Shown: positions 58,630 through 64,000 of the stretch, piece by piece
Position numbering within the stretch: position 1 is the stretch's first letter
Layout of the letters: each line of letters begins with the position of its first letter
Assembly (NCBI GenBank): GCA_965203805.1
Contig: OZ241917.1
Span: 320,001 to 384,000 of the forward strand
Direction: 5' to 3'
Length of the DNA: 64,000 bases
Source: Candidatus Latescibacterota bacterium
Lineage (GTDB): Bacteria > Latescibacterota > UBA2968 > GCA-2709665
Notes under the pieces: model-generated
Databases searched by the model: none
Told to the model about the DNA's origin: nothing
Seen by the model: only the letters and a program-made list of their open reading frames with translations
Position numbers and translations under genes: made by a program

Positions 58630-60129
58630 TCAGGATGCCGATTTTCCGAAATGCCTTGCGAGGACCAGGAAATCCGGGAAATTGACGTGTCCGTCCCGAT
58701 TCAGGTCGTATACAGGATCGAAGTCTGGCACGCCCTCCTGCCTTCCGAATTGCCGCGCAAACAGCAGGAAATCATTGAAGTCCACCTGCCCGCTGCCATC
58801 GAAATCGACGCTGACGATCGCCTCCCGCTCCCAGGTGCGCACCCTCCGCATGAACGCGAGCATCGCTTTCGAATCGACGAAATCATCACTCTCCAGTATC
58901 AGCACGTCTCTCCCGTCCTGCGAAACGGCAATGGATCCGGTGTCGGACGGATATTTGTACGTCTGCAATTCACGATAGGCATCCGCGAAGTCGTCCGCGT
59001 CCTCTTCCGTATCCCAACTCGTATACACCAGAAGCAGCAGGTCCCGTCCGTTCCGCGACCGGAAGACCATGTACCGGTCTCCGTTCCATCCCTGCGACGC
59101 CGGTTCTCCGCGGACCTCCATTTCAAACTCGGTAAAGATGATCCGCCACGTCAATTCTCCGATCGTATCCTCGTCCAGCAGCATCCATTCGTCGAACAGA
59201 CCCGATTCCTGAATCGGCGGCCACACCAACCGGTCCGGTTTTTCTTTGGTGATCCATTTTTCCGGATGCAGGATCTGTTCGGTGGAAACCGGCGGTTCCG
59301 AGTAGAGCTGATTCACGGTGTCCCATCCGTACCCCTGAATCTGGTGAACAAAGTCCATGCCGAAGATGTACACGATGGCCTGCTGCAGGATCATGAAATC
59401 AGGTAGCTTGTCGATTGTCTGCAGTTCCCGCGGCGAACTGCCCTGCAATCGTGCAACCAGCTTCATCTCTTCCCGGTTCGCCTCGACGTCAATCTGCATC
59501 TCTCTGCGGATCATGCTCTGCAGCAGCCCGCGTCCCGGCATCCGCCCGCTCTGGTTCTTAAGGTACCAGATGGTTTCGACGTACGTGGCCTCGCCCTCCA
59601 CGACCGCCTGTCGCGCGAGCACTTCGTCGGTATTCAACGAATCGACTTGCGCGGGCTGGTACCGGTTCAGATCGAAATGCTGGTCCTGCAGGCCATGACA
59701 GAGTTCGTGAGCCAGAACGACGTCCAGCAGTTCTGCAGGCAGGTTTTGTTTCAGGACGTGGAACTTGTCTGCGTCCGGATCGTAATATGCCAGCGCCCCG
59801 GCTTGCAGAAAGGAGAGCACGAGAGAGCGATCCAGGACAGGCTCTCCGTTGTACAACCCCAGTTTTCGAATAACCGGATCGTAATACGCCCACTCCATAG
59901 CGGACAATTGTTGATCCATCTGGCGTTCGGCGTACGCCTGAAACTCGGACGGGCTCTGTACCGCGACGTGGATAGACCCCTTGAACGGAAGCTCCCGGAT
60001 CTGTGAAACCTCGCCCTCGATTTCTCTGGCTCTGTGCCTGAGTTGCGCAAGATCCTGCGCCCTTGCCGGGACTTCCGAAAGGACGACTGCAAGAACAAGG
60101 AACGGTACCTGACGTTGGATGCGCCTCAT
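58630..60129 (-). CDS. Secreted HExxH zinc-metallopeptidase-like protein with C-terminal dockerin/EF-hand pair
   Basis: Signal peptide ending ARA-Q; AYYDP, LAHELCHGLQDQHF, EGEAT, PPVSTEQILHPEK, GWNGDR; DFDGSGQVDFNDF..DLNRDGHVNFPDF. Confidence 0.8.
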   Translation of the reverse strand: MRRIQRQVPFLVLAVVLSEVPARAQDLAQLRHRAREIEGEVSQIRELPFKGSIHVAVQSPSEFQAYAERQMDQQLSAMEWAYYDPVIRKLGLYNGEPVLDRSLVLSFLQAGALAYYDPDADKFHVLKQNLPAELLDVVLAHELCHGLQDQHFDLNRYQPAQVDSLNTDEVLARQAVVEGEATYVETIWYLKNQSGRMPGRGLLQSMIRREMQIDVEANREEMKLVARLQGSSPRELQTIDKLPDFMILQQAIVYIFGMDFVHQIQGYGWDTVNQLYSEPPVSTEQILHPEKWITKEKPDRLVWPPIQESGLFDEWMLLDEDTIGELTWRIIFTEFEMEVRGEPASQGWNGDRYMVFRSRNGRDLLLLVYTSWDTEEDADDFADAYRELQTYKYPSDTGSIAVSQDGRDVLILESDDFVDSKAMLAFMRRVRTWEREAIVSVDFDGSGQVDFNDFLLFARQFGRQEGVPDFDPVYDLNRDGHVNFPDFLVLARHFGKSAS

Positions 60130-60142
60130 TCGGATCGTACCC

Positions 60143-60553
60143 TTACGTTGCGGATTCTTTCTCGGCGGCGCGTCGGCGGGATTCCCGGCCCTTGTCGGGC
60201 GTCGGGTCTTTTACCAGGCCGTAGGATTCCCGGCCTTCGTGTCCTTCAGGAAGGTATTCGGTGACGGGCAGGCCTTCGGGGGTGACGAAGAGGAGGCAAT
60301 GGCAGTACTTGTAGATTTTCATCTCGTCGCAGGCGCAGATCCACTCCCTGCTGCGTTCCAGTTCCGCTTTCTTGTCCGGGTAGAAATTGCACGGACACAG
60401 CGGACGACCGAGCTCGTCGACGTGTGCGGCCAGGCCGTTGACGACGGCTTCCGTGATGCCCCGGTCGGGATGGCCGGTGGTGCCGGTTTTTTCGCAATAT
60501 TTCTCGAAGTAGATCCACATCCGCTTCAGACTCTTTTCAGACGGCTGGTCCAT
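60143..60553 (-). CDS. Ferredoxin-thioredoxin reductase catalytic (beta) subunit
   Basis: LCPC, ICAC and YCHCLLF motifs (4Fe-4S ligands plus redox disulfide). Confidence 0.9.
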   Translation of the reverse strand: MDQPSEKSLKRMWIYFEKYCEKTGTTGHPDRGITEAVVNGLAAHVDELGRPLCPCNFYPDKKAELERSREWICACDEMKIYKYCHCLLFVTPEGLPVTEYLPEGHEGRESYGLVKDPTPDKGRESRRRAAEKESAT

Positions 60554-60730
60554 TGGGGATCTCCGGTGTGTCGGGGGTTTGTCAGTGCCGATCGATACGG
60601 CGACGTCGCAAATCGCCCGGTCTCCCGGGGTGCTTGCGCACGCGGCTTGATTCCGAGACTGAACGTGCCGGAATCAGGAAGCGGCATCGGCAACCCGTGC
60701 CAAATTGTAAACGACCGGACCGGCCGGACC

Positions 60731-61546
60731 CTATTGCAGACTGTCAAGGTAGTCCATCGATTTCCTGAGCTCGGATTTGGGATCGCTTCCCTGCGGGATT
60801 GCGCATTCGAATCCGCAGTAATGTCGATAGCCGATACCTTCGAGAGCCCGGAGCGCGGGTCTGAAGTCGGTGTGCCCGTATCCCGGCAGGATTCGGTTGC
60901 TGTCGGCCAGGTGCACGTTGGCGATCCGTTCGCCGCCGCTGTAAATGGCTTCCGCCATATCGGACTCCTCAATGCTCATATGAAAGAAGTCGGCCATGGT
61001 GGTTACACCCGGACTATTGACGGCGTCGCAGATCTCCAGCCCTTCCGCGACCGTGCACGGCCACCACTGTTCGTACCGGTTGAGCGGTTCGATAATGACG
61101 CTGCACCCGCAGGATTCGGCGTGCGGGGCGATATCGCGCACGAGAATGTCGGTGAGCAGGCCGGACTCCACCTGCGCGGTGGTTGCAAACGGGGAGAGAT
61201 CCGGAATTCGATGACCACCCTGAAGCTTAATTGCGATCAGCGGCGGGAATATGACACCGACGCCACCAAGGTCGCCGCACAGTGTAAGCGCGTCTTTCAG
61301 GTCTTGCGTCGCCTGCCTCCGTTCAGTGAGCCTCGCATCCAACAGGCCCATGGTTCCGCGGATCGAAAAGATGTTGGGGGTGACGCCGGTTTCCGCGGAC
61401 GCCTGACGGATCTCGTGGGCGTACTCCACGGAACTGCTGCTTGTGATCTCGATGCCTTCGATGCCTATGTCAGCGAGGCTGCGGAATTTCTCCAGGATGG
61501 AATTTCCCGGCGCCATGTTTTCACGAATGGAGTATTTCAGGGGCAT
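60731..61546 (-). CDS. Sugar phosphate isomerase/epimerase
   Basis: IEPLNRYE, ADFFHMSIEE, HLADSNR..PGYGHTDF and GFEC motifs. Confidence 0.88.
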   Translation of the reverse strand: MPLKYSIRENMAPGNSILEKFRSLADIGIEGIEITSSSSVEYAHEIRQASAETGVTPNIFSIRGTMGLLDARLTERRQATQDLKDALTLCGDLGGVGVIFPPLIAIKLQGGHRIPDLSPFATTAQVESGLLTDILVRDIAPHAESCGCSVIIEPLNRYEQWWPCTVAEGLEICDAVNSPGVTTMADFFHMSIEESDMAEAIYSGGERIANVHLADSNRILPGYGHTDFRPALRALEGIGYRHYCGFECAIPQGSDPKSELRKSMDYLDSLQ

Positions 61547-61643
61547 ACGGGTTTCCCGGAATGGCTGGGCACTGGCAGGCGGTTCGACCTGAAACGGCCG
61601 CGGCCGCCATGCCGATGGGGGTCAGTCGCCTTACGGATCGAGA

Positions 61644-61672
61644 AATATAGGTGTTGTACGGTGGCGTGTCAA
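61644..61672 (-). promoter_or_regulatory. Sigma70 promoter for the epimerase gene
   Basis: Minus strand TTGACA-17 nt-TATATT. Confidence 0.7.
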
Positions 61673-61744
61673 GGAAAGCGCCGTCCATTTTTGCGGGGCC
61701 GTTCGATCGCAGCCGGCAGCGCTCCCTTGAAGGCCGATATCGCA

Positions 61745-64000
61745 TCACCCTGCATGAGAAGGGGTCAGCCTCGCGCTCCGAATCCTGTCAATCCGGAACG
61801 TCCGCTCGCCTTTGCGGTGCCTGCAAAAGCCGCAAAGTACGCCATGATCTTCAAAGATCGGTTCGATCGAACGAGATGAGGTTCTCGCGACGCGTTCGTC
61901 GCGGTAGTCGATTTCCAGGCCGAGCCGATGGTCTATGGCGTATCCGATGAGGAATTTCACGTCGGCCTCGGCGGTGGCCGGATTCGCGCCGGGGTATCGC
62001 CTGAGGGCCTGGAATCCGTCGTGCGGCCGCCCGCTATTGAACAGGGTTTCAAAGGTCTCGCGATAGTCGCTCCGGGCGTCCTGGCATTCGCTGTCCGGAA
62101 TGCTTCTCAGGCTTCGGCGGAGACGTCTCAGCAGACGTTCCAGGCCCTCAGGCAGCGGAACCGACCTGGCGGCGAAGGTCTTTGCCGCGGTTTCGAGAAA
62201 CCCCGCCAGCTGTAACAATTCCGGACCCTCCAACACCATCCGTTGTTGTTCTTCGTTTGATTCTTCGGCAGTAATATTCGGCATATAGCCGCACCCGTTC
62301 AAGGCATCCACGAGTTGCTCGACGCGCGTAGACGGGTCGAGCGCTGCCGCTGTGGGTGAGAGTCGAACGCCGAGAAGGGATGAGATCTTGCTCTGAACGA
62401 AGAGTTCGTCCAGCAGTTCGGGCCGTTCACTGACGAGATAGCCGGACGCCTGCGCGATTTCAATTTCACCGTGTTTGCTTTCACACTCCCGGAGCAGGGC
62501 GTCCACCACCGACGGCAATCCGGTGGCGCTGTGGTCCCGAAGAAATGCTCTGAGTGAGGCGCCGTCCCAGCCCCTGCTCATGGCCATGTGAACGGATTGG
62601 GGAGATATCAGGAATTTTGCCAGGACGTCGACTTCCTTGAGTTCCGCTATGGAAAAGAGTCGGATGTACAGGGCGGATGGCAAATCCGGCGGAGAGAGAA
62701 TCTCAAGATTTGGTTGCAGGACGAAATTTCCGTCGGTGCGGCCCGCGGTCTCTACCGACGTACTCTCAGGTTTTCGTCCGTTGAGAAGCGCTGCGCCCGG
62801 GCCGGTCAGTCTGAAGACTGCGGGGTGCCCCGGTTCGAGGGCCTCACCGAACGATTCAGGATTTCCCAGGCCGATCAGCCCCATCCATGTCAGCGCCGAC
62901 ACGAAGATGCGCCGCAGCAGTTCGTCCGCGCCGCCGCCGATCAGGTTCCGCCCGGACGGGGGACGTCCATCGAGATGTGCGAATGTCTCGGACCGGCGCG
63001 CCAGCAGGACGTAAAAATCCGGGTACGAGATCCAGCTGTTTTCGGGACAGCGGGCAAGGCAGTCGAGCAGGTCGCGGCGAAGGGCTTTCAGGGTGTCATT
63101 CCTGTTGCGGATGCGCGCGCCGGAACGTTCGGTGGTCCACTCGTTCCATCGATCGGATTCGCGCCAGAGTCTGAGTACGGCGTTTCGGATGTCATGGGGG
63201 CGGGAAAGCCGGTCGGCGGCGTCTTCCGCAAGCCGCCATATTCTCGCGTCGCAACGGATGAGTCCGGCGGATTCCGCGAACAGGAGCAGGAATTCGGAGT
63301 ACCCCGGTTCCGCGTGTCCCCGGTAGTATTTACTGACGTCCCGAAGCCGGGCCCGGGATACGCCGCCGTGTTTGAGTGCGCGCGGCCTGCGCTGCTCGAT
63401 GAACCCGAGAAGCGTGCAGAGATCGGGTACCAGGCAGGACGTCTGCTCCCGTGTTCGGGAGGGGTTCGGTCCGCTGCTTGCAACGACCGACTCGACCGTG
63501 TCCTCGATCCTGTCATCAAGGGCCTGAATCTCAGGCTTCAGGTCTGAAGCGAGTTGGAGGGGCGTATCTGCCAGGAGCCGATCCGTGGTGTGGAAAAACA
63601 AAGGCGTCTTCCAGACGATCTCGTCCAGTGCACGAAGCCCGCCCTCTCCCATGTCACACATGATTTCATCCTGGGTGATGGCATCCCTGGCCAGGACACG
63701 ATCGAGGATGGCTCTCTTGGCTTCCGGCAGATCGATGATGTAGGCCTTCAGATGATCCGGATCCAACAACCGCTTGCGAACGGCGCGCGTCACAAAGACA
63801 CGGCGGGAGTCTTCGAACGGGCAGCCCAGTTCTCTCGCAAAGTCGCGAAGCAGACCGACGGATCGAGATTGCATCACGCGGCGGAGCCGACCCTGGTTCC
63901 CGGCTCTCAGTGGGATTGCCTTGAGGACCGATTCCGGAATGCCGACCAGGCAATGGTCCGCCCCGAGTGTTTCGACGTCTTCGAAGACCAGACCGAGTTC
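61745..64000 (-). CDS. XPB helicase-associated (Helicase_C_3-like) domain protein with C-terminal WYL domain; 5' end outside the window
   Basis: Frame open to the window end; VLQPNLEIL..FLISPQSV..AMSRG..FLRDHS..LPSVV (XPB N-terminal/Tfb2-like); C-terminal LEIDY..R.IEP..GFCRHRKGERTFRIDRI (WYL). Confidence 0.8.
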   Translation of the reverse strand, partial: ELGLVFEDVETLGADHCLVGIPESVLKAIPLRAGNQGRLRRVMQSRSVGLLRDFARELGCPFEDSRRVFVTRAVRKRLLDPDHLKAYIIDLPEAKRAILDRVLARDAITQDEIMCDMGEGGLRALDEIVWKTPLFFHTTDRLLADTPLQLASDLKPEIQALDDRIEDTVESVVASSGPNPSRTREQTSCLVPDLCTLLGFIEQRRPRALKHGGVSRARLRDVSKYYRGHAEPGYSEFLLLFAESAGLIRCDARIWRLAEDAADRLSRPHDIRNAVLRLWRESDRWNEWTTERSGARIRNRNDTLKALRRDLLDCLARCPENSWISYPDFYVLLARRSETFAHLDGRPPSGRNLIGGGADELLRRIFVSALTWMGLIGLGNPESFGEALEPGHPAVFRLTGPGAALLNGRKPESTSVETAGRTDGNFVLQPNLEILSPPDLPSALYIRLFSIAELKEVDVLAKFLISPQSVHMAMSRGWDGASLRAFLRDHSATGLPSVVDALLRECESKHGEIEIAQASGYLVSERPELLDELFVQSKISSLLGVRLSPTAAALDPSTRVEQLVDALNGCGYMPNITAEESNEEQQRMVLEGPELLQLAGFLETAAKTFAARSVPLPEGLERLLRRLRRSLRSIPDSECQDARSDYRETFETLFNSGRPHDGFQALRRYPGANPATAEADVKFLIGYAIDHRLGLEIDYRDERVARTSSRSIEPIFEDHGVLCGFCRHRKGERTFRIDRIRSARLTPSHAG

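Noticed and set aside
60680-60705. TTGGCACG upstream of the FTR gene as a sigma54 promoter
   Set aside because: No GC at the required GG-N10-GC spacing.
61547-61637. Leader with GCGACTGAC...CCGCCTG resembling the ZTP (pfl) riboswitch
   Set aside because: No GTGG..CCAC..GGGGAGC core, and the downstream gene is not in purine/folate metabolism.

Overview
A GC-rich bacterial chromosomal segment. The dockerin/EF-hand-tagged secreted proteins, plant-type LRR protein, several heparinase II/III-like genes and FCB-type short sigma70 suggest a Latescibacterota/Gemmatimonadota-like, possibly sponge-associated organism (inference only). Housekeeping genes: tatD(3' end)-rsmA-ilvE-proC-hisH-hisF-proB-ftsB-recO-valS-PBP1A; secDF and polyprenyl synthase; xth; rho-rpmE-prfA-prmC; HU; ssb; prmA; thrC-like. 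The most coherent system is a self-contained regulatory cascade at 26.7-31.1 kb: a cytoplasmic PAS histidine kinase and a GAFTGA-containing NtrC-type activator, then tandem enhancer-like repeats and a correctly spaced sigma54 -24/-12 promoter driving a PTS EIIA gene and a region-1.1-less sigma70. This resembles the Borrelia Hk2-Rrp2-RpoN-RpoS cascade. Also present: a sugar-catabolic operon whose SDR gene is split by an IS1380 element (TTAC target duplication, in-frame fusion to the transposase); an accessory island at about 40-46 kb (AT-rich orphan, IS110 remnant with structured non-coding end, dockerin-LRR-metalloprotease, internally deleted IS630); an unassigned ~110-nt structured RNA; a TraR/DksA zinc-finger fusion operon; a stand-alone FTR catalytic subunit; and an XPB-associated/WYL protein running off the right end. 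No rRNA, tRNA or CRISPR array was seen.
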